Source: the human T2T-CHM13v2.0 reference genome, Homo sapiens. Taken from it: a DNA stretch of 64,000 nucleotides. This document shows, in pieces, positions 26,970 to 39,013 of the stretch. The position numbers and the translations under genes are program-made. The DNA is taken from NCBI RefSeq assembly GCF_009914755.1, contig NC_060936.1; one strand, written 5' to 3'. How positions within the stretch are numbered: the first letter of the stretch is position 1; each line of letters starts with the position of its first letter. Under the pieces are notes generated by a model. It was given only the letters and a program-made list of their open reading frames with translations, ran no database searches and was not told the origin of the DNA.

Positions 26970-27601
26970 TAGATGACCCTCTGTATCCACAGGTTCCACA
27001 CCCACGGATGCAAGTCACATTCAAAAAATATAAAACTTAAAAATGGCCATATATTAATAAAAATGATACGAATAAAAACAACATAGAATAGCAACTATTT
27101 ACATAGTATTTACATTGTATTAGAAGTATTAGAAGTTATCTAGAGATGATATAAAGCATACAGGAGGATGTTGATAGGTTTTATGAAATACTACATCTTT
27201 TGTTTGTTTGTTTTTGTTTTTCGAGGCAGAGTCTCCCTCTGTCGCCCATGCTGGTGCAGTGCCCTGATGTCATCTCACAGCAACCTCCACCTCCTGGGTT
27301 TAAGCAATTCTCCTGTCTCAGCCTCCCGAGTAGCTGGGATTAGAGGCGTGTGCCACCACATCCGGCTAATTTTCGTATTTTTAAGTGGAGACGGGTTTTC
27401 ACCATTTGGCCAGGCTGATCTCAAACTCCTAGCCTCAAGTGATCTGCTAGCCTCAGCCTTTCAGAGTGCTGAGATTACAGACGTGACCCTCCACATCCAG
27501 GCAATACTACACCTTTTTACCTAAAGGACTTGAGCATCCACAAATCTTGGTGTCTACAGAGCATCTTAGAACCAATAACCAGTGGACACGAGGGATGACT
27601 G
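26970..27601. mobile_element. MER2 (Tigger family) split by an antisense AluS (27198-27502)
   Basis: Ends ccctctgtatccacagg ... cacgagggatgactg. Alu TSD aatactacatctttt / aatactacacctttt. Confidence 0.78.
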
Positions 27602-29080
27602 TAATTATTTTTTTTAGGAAGAATTGAAAACGTGGCATATTTTCTAAGCCCTTGCCTGTTGGAATATTTATTTTAGTATCATATTTAATTGATAATTTGT
27701 CTGGGTATGGAATTAAAATTTCCAAATCCCTTTTTCTCAAAACATTAAAAATATTTATCTACTGTTTTATAACATTCAATGTTGTATATGAGAAATTATT
27801 ACCACTGTAATTTTCATGCACTGATATGCATCTCTTTTTTATCTTTAAATATCCAAAAATTTACTAGCATGTATCCGAGACTCTATCTTTCTACGTTATT
27901 TCTGCTGGACAAACGTAGGAACTTTCATATGAAAGCTTACGTCTTCCTCTAACACAAAAACTTTATTTTCTGTTTCCTATTTGTTTCTTCCTGTATTTTA
28001 TTCTCTCTTTTCTTCTGAAACATGTATGAGATAAATAATATATTTTCTGAATATTTTTCCTTTAAAATTTTTTCCTCTAAATTTCTACCTCTTTTCTTTA
28101 TGTTTCATCAATTTTCTCTGATGTGTGATGTCATCTTTTATATCAAGTTCTAATTTGTAAATTTTTAATTATATTTTAAATTTATAACAACACTTTATTG
28201 TTGTCTTATTATTTTTAGTCTGCCAGTTCTGATTCTATGGCTGCAACATGCCATTTTACCTCTAAATATACTAACAGGATTTTTTTTAAAAAAAGTTTCT
28301 ACTCTTTTTAGTTTAATATTGTTTAAGTATTTATTCTTGTGTTGCTTTATCTGCTGGTCCATTCTGGTGCTTTCTTTCATGAAACTATTTTCCATCAGTG
28401 TTCAATAATTCTTGATTATTGTCTGTTCAATGTTATATATAAGGCTACAGATAAATCTGAATTGGTCTACTCTTATTGCTCTTCTTCCACGTTTTAATCT
28501 AAATAATTTATACTCAACATTACATCTCAAATAATGTATCCTCCAGGAAACTTTCACAAAGCCCCTAATTAATTTAAGCTCCCTATTTCCATAATCTAAT
28601 AGCACATCTATCCATCTGTTTTATTTTATTACTAGTGTGTTTCTAGAGAACAAGTACCACGATTTTTTTTTATATTTCTGACTCTGAGCACTGTGGTAGG
28701 TACATAGTATAAATTTAAAGAATGCCTAGAATAAGTTTAAAATATGCATGAATGATTATCTTTCCCTCAGATTAGGAAGACATTTTCCATTCCAATGCAA
28801 TCCAGTAAACTCCAAATTTTCAAAAAAAAACTTTGCTTCTCTCATATAGCCAAATTACCCAAGTGCTTTCTTTGCATATAAAACCTATTCTACTTATTAA
28901 TACTATACAACTTTTCAATGAGTGGTTTAATGTAGGAGAGTTCACCTTCACAGTTAAATTACATGGTCTTTGAGGGAAGGTACAATGTCTTGGGCATATT
29001 TGCGTTCATTTGGGGCACTCAGTTCTACTAGATACAAAATTACACTAAGTCATATCAACATAATTTTGTTTTTTTTCTAG

Positions 29081-29213
29081 GAAATTTGCTTGTGATTGTA
29101 TTTGTAAGTTACTTTGGATCTAAACTACACAGACCGAAGTTAATTGGAATTGGTTGTCTCCTTATGGGAACTGGAAGTATTTTGACAGCTTTACCACATT
29201 TCTTCATGGGATA
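29081..29213 (+). CDS. SLCO1B3: SLCO1B3 coding exon c.227-359 (133 bp), [43 protein letters not shown](Y)
   Basis: ttttctag|GAAAT ... GGGATA|gtaagt. Continues the frame. Not in the ORF track because it is short. Confidence 0.97.
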
Positions 29214-30595
29214 GTAAGTGTTAAACAGCTCTGAGCCATTTATTATCAGCTACTTGTAAATTAGCAGTAGAATTTTATTTTTATACTTATAAGTGGGCAG
29301 TTACCTTTTGAGAGGAATACCTATAGGTATGCATAGAGAAATGGAGTATATTTCCTATATAATAGTTCATGTATTGCTTTATTCATCATGTATTTCTTTA
29401 TTTATCATGGCTTTTATAAACTTTTAAATAAGAATAATATTATATAAGGTATACAGTTTTATATGAAATGAATATCTTATTTACCAATTTTAGTATAACA
29501 TATGTATTTTATGTTTTTGCTTGTAAGATTTTGATTATCCTCAGTAAGGCTTCACAACTTCACCTGCTGCTGTACAGGTTTTCCCATCAGCATTTCACTG
29601 AAGCTGCTCTTTCTAAGGTAACTGTGTAGTTATGATTAGAGTAAGAAGCTCATATGAGAAAACTGAAAATAGCAATAACTTAAATAAGATAGAAGTTTAT
29701 TTTTTACATTTTTTCAAGTCCAAGGATGATATGATTCTACTTTTCATCATAGTGCTATGCCTTGCATGGCCTTGTCCTCTTGTTACAAATTGTGGCAATG
29801 TATTTCCAGGCAACAGGATAGAAGAAGAGAAGAACAAGAACAAAGAGTGCACACAGGCTGAGCTCCAGGAGCATTTTCAGAAGCAAAACACTTTCACTGA
29901 TTTCACATTTACGGGAAGTCAGTTACGTTTTACACATAGATATGTAGATGTTGGAAAAATATACTTTATTCCAGGCTTCCATATTTCCAGCTAAAAAACC
30001 CAACTTCTGTTACTATGGAAGGAGAGAAGAAAGGATACTGAGAGACAACGAGCAGTTTGTTAGAGACACCAATTCCTTAATGCCAAATCCAGCAATCATG
30101 CCTATTGGTCACCATATGAATTCTGTTTCCCCCCCCCCCTACATTTGGCCCTTATAAGAACTTTCTTCTTAATGGTACTGCTCTAATACTCATCATATTC
30201 CACAATCTTGATTCATTTTTCTATTTTTGTGGCTTCATCATGCCCATCTTTTTCCTTTGCTTCTGACACCATAATTTCTGTGTCCCATAATTCCCTCTAA
30301 TCTTCTTAATATCTTATTCTTCATTATTTTTATGGAGAATATGCCTTAAATGCAACTACCCCAGCTTCATCTTCCATTGCTCCCCACATTTGAGGACCAC
30401 ATTCTAGGCTTACAGTTCTCTAATGTGCCATAATATGTCATATCTTTGCATCTGTTATTTCTACAGACTTGAATGCTTTTCTTCCTTTGTCTACCAATCT
30501 GAATTCTACCCATCTTCAATATTCATTTAATCTGTCCTTCACATTGTGAAGTTTTCTTTGATCTACCCTCACCTCCAAGAAAAGCTGATCATTTC

Positions 30596-30896
<301 letters not shown>

Positions 30897-31237
30897 CCTG
30901 ATCATTTCTTTTTTGTGGGTGTGTGACAACCCAGGACCTTGTATATTAAATTTACTATATCTTCGATCATACACATTTATCTTAGAGAGTGTGAAATTTC
31001 CAAAGTACAAACACTGTGTGTTTTATTTCTTGATCTTCATGTTTTATTTCTTGTTCTTTGAAGTTGAGCAAAATGCCTGGCACACTATATGTTGTCCTTA
31101 GAACTCACAGAGCGGTTAGTATTTTTGAGCATCAGCATCTGTCCCTGATCCAGCTCCATCTCCGTTGTTCTTATTTTTTCCTCATAAAGTTTAAATGAAT
31201 TAGAAATTTGTTTTTATTGAGTTTTGAAAAGTCAAGC

Positions 31238-31240
<3 letters not shown>

Positions 31241-31278
<38 letters not shown>
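31241..31278 (+). repeat. (GT)19 microsatellite
   Basis: Direct read. Confidence 0.97.
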
Positions 31279-31280
<2 letters not shown>

Positions 31281-31658
31281 ATGAAAGAAAATCAGACAGA
31301 TTGACCATCTTTGACGGTAACTCAAAGGGATAAATAGATATAGTTAACCGATAAAAAAACAACAGGTGAAACCATGATATTTCATGTCTTGACCAGATTA
31401 TAAGCACTCTTAGGATAAAAGCAAGGTGATAACCCACTTTGTTCATGGTGTATTGAAGTATCTTTCTTAGTGGACACTCCCATTTCACCCCCTCTCATCA
31501 CCTGTTCTGAAATACATGCTGGGAAGTTGACAAACAAGATTCTGGTAATTTGGAGAAGACAGCGGTTCAAATAAAGGAGAAAATTTCTCTGTATTTCTGG
31601 GAAAACTGAAAATATTCAGTAGATAAGCAAAATGTTCAATTTCATGTTGCTCTTATAG

Positions 31659-31780
31659 TTATAGGTATTCTAAAGAAACCCATATTAATCCATCAGAAAA
31701 TTCAACATCAAGTTTATCAACCTGTTTAATTAATCAAACCTTATCATTCAATGGAACATCACCTGAGATAGTAGAAAAAG
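31659..31780 (+). CDS. SLCO1B3: SLCO1B3 coding exon c.360-481 (122 bp), YRYSKETHINPSENSTSSLSTCLINQTLSFNGTSPEIVEK(D)
   Basis: ctcttatag|TTATAGGTATTC ... GAAAAAG|gtaaga. Extracellular loop 2 with N-glycosylation sequons NST, NQT, NGT. Confidence 0.96.
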
Positions 31781-31934
31781 GTAAGAATTAATAGTGACAG
31801 TAAAACAAATTCTAGATTGATAGATTTAATCACGTCTATAAAGTTTGTGATATTCTTTAACAAAATTGATATAAGAACAAATAGGAAGAACATTTATCCC
31901 TTACATACAGACAAAATCATACTGTTAATGTATG

Positions 31935-32150
31935 CAGTCGATTCTTAAACAACACAGGTTTGAACTGCACCTGTTCACTTATATGCAGCTTTTTGTCCAA
32001 CCAAACAGAAGGAGAAACCCACCACCGATGTGGAGGTCTGACTTCTATAGGTGGTTTCCACAGGGCAAATGAGAGGACTTAAGTCTGTATAAATTTGTGT
32101 ACATATGAGTTGTCCTAGAACAAACCTCCTAGTGTACAAATGGATTATTG
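31935..32150. mobile_element. MER8-like Tigger MITE
   Basis: cagtcgattcttaaacaacacaggtttgaactg start, ~216 bp. Confidence 0.6.
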
Positions 32151-33052
32151 TATACCAAGGGCATTTAGAAGTAGATAAGAAAAAAGAACAAATTTAGTAG
32201 GAAATTTGCAAAGAACATACACATTTAAAATAAAAAAGCAGAAAGTGGTAGAAATATGTGAATAATATAACTTTCTCTTTATAAAGATGCAAAATGTTAT
32301 AGCATTTGAAGACTTTGTAACTATTATAAACACAATAATATAAGTATAATTTTAACCCCAAAATTTATTAAAAATAAATGAAGTGGAGGAAAAAAATGAT
32401 TTCAAGTTTTCTGTATTGCTGGGAGAGTATAAATTTCAAAGTCTTTCTGGAGATTAATTTTCAATACATATTAAAGAACAAAAATATACTTGCCTACTTT
32501 CTTGATTAATCTTAAGGAAATCATCAGTAATGTTCACAAGGACATTTCATAATCACAGCCATGACATCCATGTTTAACAGAATAAAAAAAAAATTTTGTA
32601 ACGACAAAAGAAGAGATTGTTTAACCAAATTAGGAAACTATTATTCAACACACTACTATGCAGTAATTAAAATTTTAATATAGAAGAACTCTTGACAACA
32701 TGGGGAAATTGTGACAATATAGTGATAATTGTATATGCACCTTAAAAATAACGTGGATTTTTAAATATGTAATGTACATAATGAATATTATGCATATTTT
32801 GTGCACTAAAAATGCAGAAGATCTAGAATAACATTTGCAATGATCTTCTGTGTGTAGTGTAATTATAGAAAATTTTTACTTGTTTTCTTTGTGCCCTTCC
32901 TTATTTTCAAAATTTGTAAAGTGAATATGAATCACTTGTAATTAGGAAAGAAACAAACAAAAAATGGAAAAATGAAGGATTTAAAGTAGTTAAATTTCTA
33001 ATAGGAATGTTAAAATTAATGTTTAAAGTAAAACACTCTCTTGTCTCGATAG

Positions 33053-33199
33053 ATTGTGTAAAGGAATCTGGGTCACACATGTGGATCTATGTCTTCATGG
33101 GGAATATGCTTCGTGGCATAGGGGAAACCCCCATAGTACCATTGGGGATTTCATACATTGATGATTTTGCAAAAGAAGGACATTCTTCCTTGTATTTAG
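33053..33199 (+). CDS. SLCO1B3: SLCO1B3 coding exon c.482-628 (147 bp), CVKESGSHMWIYVFMGNMLRGIGETPIVPLGISYIDDFAKEGHSSLYL(G)
   Basis: ctcgatag|ATTGT ... TTTAG|gtaacg. Conserved OATP GIGETP...GISYIDD motif, lies inside ORF 33007-33291. Confidence 0.97.
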
Positions 33200-33396
33200 G
33201 TAACGTACAGAATATATTAAATTTCATGATTACATTCCCTGGATCTACCCTTGAAATAATAATGTCATTATTTTTTTCTTTTACCTATTAGAAAAATATT
33301 TGCAGAAGTGTATTGTGTAATATTACTTTTAAAAGCATGTTAAATGAAAACCAAGTATTTGTGACATCTGATTAAATTGTTTTGTAATACTTACAG

Positions 33397-33495
33397 GTAG
33401 TTTGAATGCAATAGGAATGATTGGTCCAGTCATTGGCTTTGCACTGGGATCTCTGTTTGCTAAAATATACGTGGATATTGGATATGTAGATCTGA
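33397..33495 (+). CDS. SLCO1B3: SLCO1B3 coding exon c.629-727 (99 bp), SLNAIGMIGPVIGFALGSLFAKIYVDIGYVDL(S)
   Basis: ttacag|GTAGT ... CTGA|gtaagt. Frame continuous. Confidence 0.96.
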
Positions 33496-36182
33496 GTAAG
33501 TACAATTAGAACAAGGTACCATGATAGTGTCTTTTAAGTGCAGGACACCATTCTTCCAAAGAATTAAATTCAGTCTTTCAATAGTTCTTTGTTTACTATT
33601 TTTCAAGAGTTACAAGTAGGAAATAAATCCATTAATAATCAGAATAAAAAAGAAATTTAGCTCCTATTTATACTTTGCTTTTACAACTAAGTATAAAAAG
33701 AGATTTTTAACAAATTTATTTTAGATTACTTGATCCAAAATAACCAAACTTGAAATGTCCCTTTCCCAAAACTGACTGGCCCAGTCAAGTAAATTTTATT
33801 TTTCAGTTGATGGTGACTTGGATGTTGATGTGTAGAACTCAGATGTTGATGTTTGCTTTGCGAAAGCCTCCTTGTGGCTGCTGCATTGACTTACGGCAGG
33901 GGTGGGTTAAGAGAGGCCACAGTGCACTTTGGTTGTGGTCATTTTTCCTGGTTCTCACTGAGGGCTTGGCCTATGGGAACATTTAATGAGTGCTTATAGA
34001 ACAAATGAATGAAGGAGAGGATGCATAAATAAAATTTACGACTTTTGTCTTTACTCTCAGAGCATGCTTTATTTCTCCTCTCGTAGAAGAATAAGAATCA
34101 ATGTTGTAATATCTGCCTCGACTTCAGGCCCTCCTTCCTACAGATATACCTTCACCATATCCATATTTATCTTTTTTTAACCCATACTTATGAAAAAGTA
34201 TTTATCTTTAGCTAATATTAGTAGATCCAACTGGGGTTTAGATTTCCTCTTTCTGCCTCTCCTCCATCTGCACCCTCTCTTTTCCTCAGCAAACACACTG
34301 AAGTCTCTCCCATCTATGTACACATACACATTTTTATATCCCCAAACAACTTTCCAATTGATTAACTGTTTCTCAATTTATCTTCAAAGCCAAGTACCTA
34401 GAAAAACATCATCTAACATAAGTATCTCACCTTCTCATCTCCCATTTACTTCTCATCCACTATAATCTGTTTTACCACTAATAAAACACAATCAGCTTCT
34501 ATGTAATTTACTAATTGTAATGGATATTTTTCTATAATTTATTTTAATGGATATTTCTACTACTTGTTCCATTTTTTTCTTCTTAGATTTTTTTTTAAAT
34601 AAGTACCTAAAACTCAACCTGTGAAAAGCTGGTCTCATCGTCTGATTTCCAAACCCACTTTGTTTCCTGTATTCCCTCTCTTGATGAATATCTGTACCTT
34701 AATTCAATGACTGACTGAATTACTATGCCCTGTAATCTCACACTTCCCTTTATTTAAAATTGGAAAAACTTTTCTCTCTTTTTTATTTTTATGGTTCTCA
34801 AAGTCTCTTTCAACATGTGACTTTTCTCATGTAACCCTTACTTCATCATTTCCATTGGTCTCAAATTCGGTGCTCCTATTAATCATCAAGAGCATGCCTT
34901 TATTGTAGCCCTTCTCACAACAATCTATAAATATTTGCATACTTACCCACCATCTCTTTGAGAACATGACAGAATCGTGTCTGTGTTAGCATATGATAAC
35001 TCATCAGGGTTTGTGAATAAACAAATATGATTTTCTATCTCTTGAGGACTTAAATAGATCACTCCAAAGAGACCAAAGGATTCATTCCAAGATGGAATAG
35101 CCATTATTGTAGGCCAAGAAATCATAAAGTGTTTTCTATTATAAAACTAAAGCAAGTACCTGATGATATGTTTTATATCTTCCATGTTAGACATGTGGCT
35201 TAGTGTAGCTACACGTTATGTACATCATTTTTACTCATTTGCTCTACTTTAATCATTGCTTTTAACACTGAGTACAAAGTAAGTGTTGAAGGTCTTTAGG
35301 ATAGTAGTTTTGTAGCCTCTCTATTCAGAAATAAGCACACCATTTTAGAATTCATGGTGATTCAACTTCTACCCCTGACTGTTCAGACCTTATCACATCT
35401 TCTCTTATTCTGTGAGAAGCATGAAGTGAACTTATGATAAAGTATACTTTGGTAAATTTTAATTCCTACAGGATCCAAAGACATAACATAAATGAGTAAA
35501 GAGTATCAAGGGCAGGAAATTAGGGTATGATGGTTAGAATGGGGAGAGTTGTTGTTGGTGCACTACTCTCCCCATACACACCAAAACTCATGTGCTCCCC
35601 AGCTCTGGTCTATACTTTTCATACAGAATTTTGGCACCGGCATTAATAAGGCTTTCTGATTGGTTTTCCAGAGAATCCAGGAACCAAGATTTTAATGTAG
35701 AATTTTCCAATTTTTAAGATTGTGTGTGAGCCACGGGAAGCACTAGCAGGACATATCTAGCTTGGTTATGACCTTTAGTTCCTATATATAGACCAGTGAA
35801 AGAACCAAAAACAGTCATCAAAATTACATTTCTGACAAGTGATAAGTAAACACTTAGCATGTATAATGGAGTTACTGATTTAACTAGTCATTTCCTGAAG
35901 TCTGCCTGAGTTGTTGATTATGAAACAATATGATCACATAAATCAATTTTAAAACCAGATCAGTCCATACTAGCAAATAATATATTTCTAAATAGTTTTA
36001 AATCAATTCAATATTTTTTCATGTCAATGATTTTTCTTATAGATCAGAGTAATGGCATCAGTTAAGTTTGCTACAAACTTCTATGGTGTGTGTGTTTCCG
36101 TGTGTGTATGCTTTCTTAATCTTTATTATTTTTATTTTACTGAGATAAGAACAATTAAAATGGACTCTACCTCTCAAAAATA

Positions 36183-39013
36183 CAATTGAACCTTGAACAG
36201 CACAGATTTGAACTGTGCAGGTCCACTTATACATAGTTTTTTTGATAAATGTATTGGAAACATTTTTCGAGATTTGTGACGACATGAAAAACCTTGCAGA
36301 TAAACTAGGCAGCTTACAAATACAGAAAAAGTTAAGAGAAAATTAGTTATATTGTGAATACATAAAATATATGTAAATATTATTTTATAATTTACTACAA
36401 TAAAATATGCACAAATCTATTATTAAAAGTTAAAATTTGTTAAACTTTACACAGAGAAACTCTTATAGACCTTACATGATGCCATTCCCAGTCACAGTAT
36501 TAAATCATAACTGCATAAAATTAACTGTAGTGCCTACTTCACTGCTGTAAAAATTCTGTAACCATCTCCTGTTGTTATTGCAGTAAGCTCAAGTGTTGAG
36601 AGTATTTATTTAAAATGCCATGTGTCATTCATCATCTCCATATGAGTAGTTTTCATCACTCTCCAGTAAGTGATGAATCACAGTAAAAAGTGAACCCTTG
36701 TGTTTTCTGCGTATTTTTCATCCTGTTAAGTGCTGTAACATCAACCTTAAGTAACACTGTGTGAGCCATATGAAGTACCACTAGTGATGCTGGAAGTGCT
36801 CCCAGAAGCAAAGAAAAGTCATGACATTATAAGAAAAAGTTGAATTGTTTAATATGTACTGTAGAATGAGCTCTGCAGCTGGCCACTGTTTCAATATAAA
36901 TGTATCCAGTACAAGGACCATTGTAAAACAAAAACAAAAACCCACACACAGAAAAATGGATCAACATGAAGCCTCACTGCAGCTACAACATTGGGCACAT
37001 AAACCTGTCCTTTTAGTGCAATAGCTTTTTATATCATATTGAAAATTCAACTTTTATGTAGATGCAAGATTGCTATCAGAAAGGCATAACTGTAGACTCG
37101 AAACATTCAAGAAAAAGTGAAGTCATTATATGAAAACTTAAAGCAAAAGGAAAGTGAATGATTTAAAGCTGGAGAACTTCATGCCACTAATGGATAATTT
37201 GAAAATTTTCTAAAGAGGTTTGCCTCAAAAAAGTGTCAGTATAACAGGAGAAGCAGCTCCTGCCACTTAGGAGTAACAGAAAAGTTCTAAATGGCATAAA
37301 GAAAGTCATTGAGGAGAAAGGACATCTACCTGAGCAGGTTTTTAATCCGATGAAAGTGCCCTATTCTGGAAAAAAAAATACCACAAAGTACACTTATTAA
37401 TGAGGAAGATAAGTGAGTACCAGTATTTATGGCAGGAAGGGATAGGCTAACACTGATGTTCTGTGCAAATGCAGTGGGGTTTATGATCGGAACTGTTCTT
37501 ACCTATACAACTGCTAATCCCTAAGCCTTGAAGGGGAAATAATAAAAAACAGTTGTTAGTCTTTTGGTTGTATGACAAGAAGGCCTGAACAATAACTTTT
37601 TTTCTGAAAAGTTATGACAGTTTCCTTCCATGCTTTGTTCCTGAAGACAGGAAGTACCTTGGCAGGAAGGGTTTACCTTTTAAAGTCCTTTTGATAATTG
37701 GCAATGCTCTTGGTCATCCAGAACCTCATGAGTTGAATACTGAAGGTGCTGAAGTGGTCTGCTTTACCCCAAACTCAATGTCTCTAATTCACCCTCTAGA
37801 TGTGGGGTCCTAAGGACATTTAAGGCTCATTATACATGTTACCCTATAGAAAGGATTGTAAATACTGTGGAAGAGAACCCCAATAGAGAGAACATTATAA
37901 AAGTCTGAAAAGATTACACCGTTGAAGTCGCCATCATTGTTATGTAAAAAGCCACAAAAGCCTTCAAACAGGAAACAAATTTCTACTGGAGAAAACTGTC
38001 CAAATGTTGTGCATAGCTTCATGGAATTCATAACCATTCAAGAAAATTATGAAGAGATTGTGGATATGGCCAAAAAAAAAAAAGGTGTGGAGTGAAGAAT
38101 TTCAAGACATGGATCTTGGAGACATTCAAGAGGTAACAGGCACATCAGAGGAATTAACAGAAGACAACTTGATGGAGATAAGTGCTTCTGAACTAATGTC
38201 AGATGATGAGGAAGAAGACATGGAAGAAGCAGCGACAGAAACAAATTGACATCAGACAGTCTGGCAGAAGTGTTCTGATTATTCAAGACTGTTTTGATGT
38301 ATTTTACAACATGGAAGCTTCTGTAATGTGGGCACTGAAATGAAAGCAAACAGTGGAAGAAGGATTGGTATCATATAGAAACATTTTCAGAGAAATGATA
38401 AAGCAACAAAGTCAAATAGAAATTATGATGTATTTCTGTAAAGCCACACTGTGTGTACCTGTCTTTCCTGTAGAAATTATGATGTGTTTCTGTAAAGCCA
38501 CACTGTGTGTACCTGCCTTTCCTGTCTTTCTTTTTACCTCCTCCACTGCCTCTGCCTCTACTACCCTAGAGAAAGCAAGAACAGTGCCTCCCCTTCCTCC
38601 TCCTCTACCTATTCAATGTGAAGAGATGAGGATGATGAAAAGCGTTATGATGACCCACTTCCACTTAATGAATAGTAAACACATTTCCTTGTGATTTTCT
38701 AAATGTCATTTTCTCCTGCTTATTTTATAGAAAGAATACAGTTTATAATACATACAGCATGCAAAATATATGTTGACTGTTTATGCTATTGGTAAGAATT
38801 CTGGCCAACTATTAGTGCTAAAAAAGCACTTGATAAAATTCAACATCCCTTCATAATAAAAGCCCTCAAAAATCTGGGGATAGAAGGAACATACCTACCC
38901 AAATATATCTACAGATTCAAGTTAAGTTTTTGGGGAACCAAAAGTTACAGACAGATTGTCAACTGTTTGGGGGGTCAGCCACCCTAAATCCCATGTTATT
39001 CAAAGGTCAACTG
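36183..39013 (+). mobile_element. Near full-length Tigger2 DNA transposon with decayed pogo-type transposase
   Basis: TA|caattgaaccttgaacagcac ... gttattcaaaggtcaactg|TA TIRs. Remnant DDE-region motifs (gatgaaagtgccctattctgg, gataggctaacactgatgttctgtgcaaatgca) with stops. It splits an L1MA 3' end. Confidence 0.85.

Noticed and set aside
36820-38400. Possible domesticated TIGD-like transposase
   Set aside because: Many in-frame stops and frameshifts. The longest pieces in the ORF track are only ~66-113 aa.
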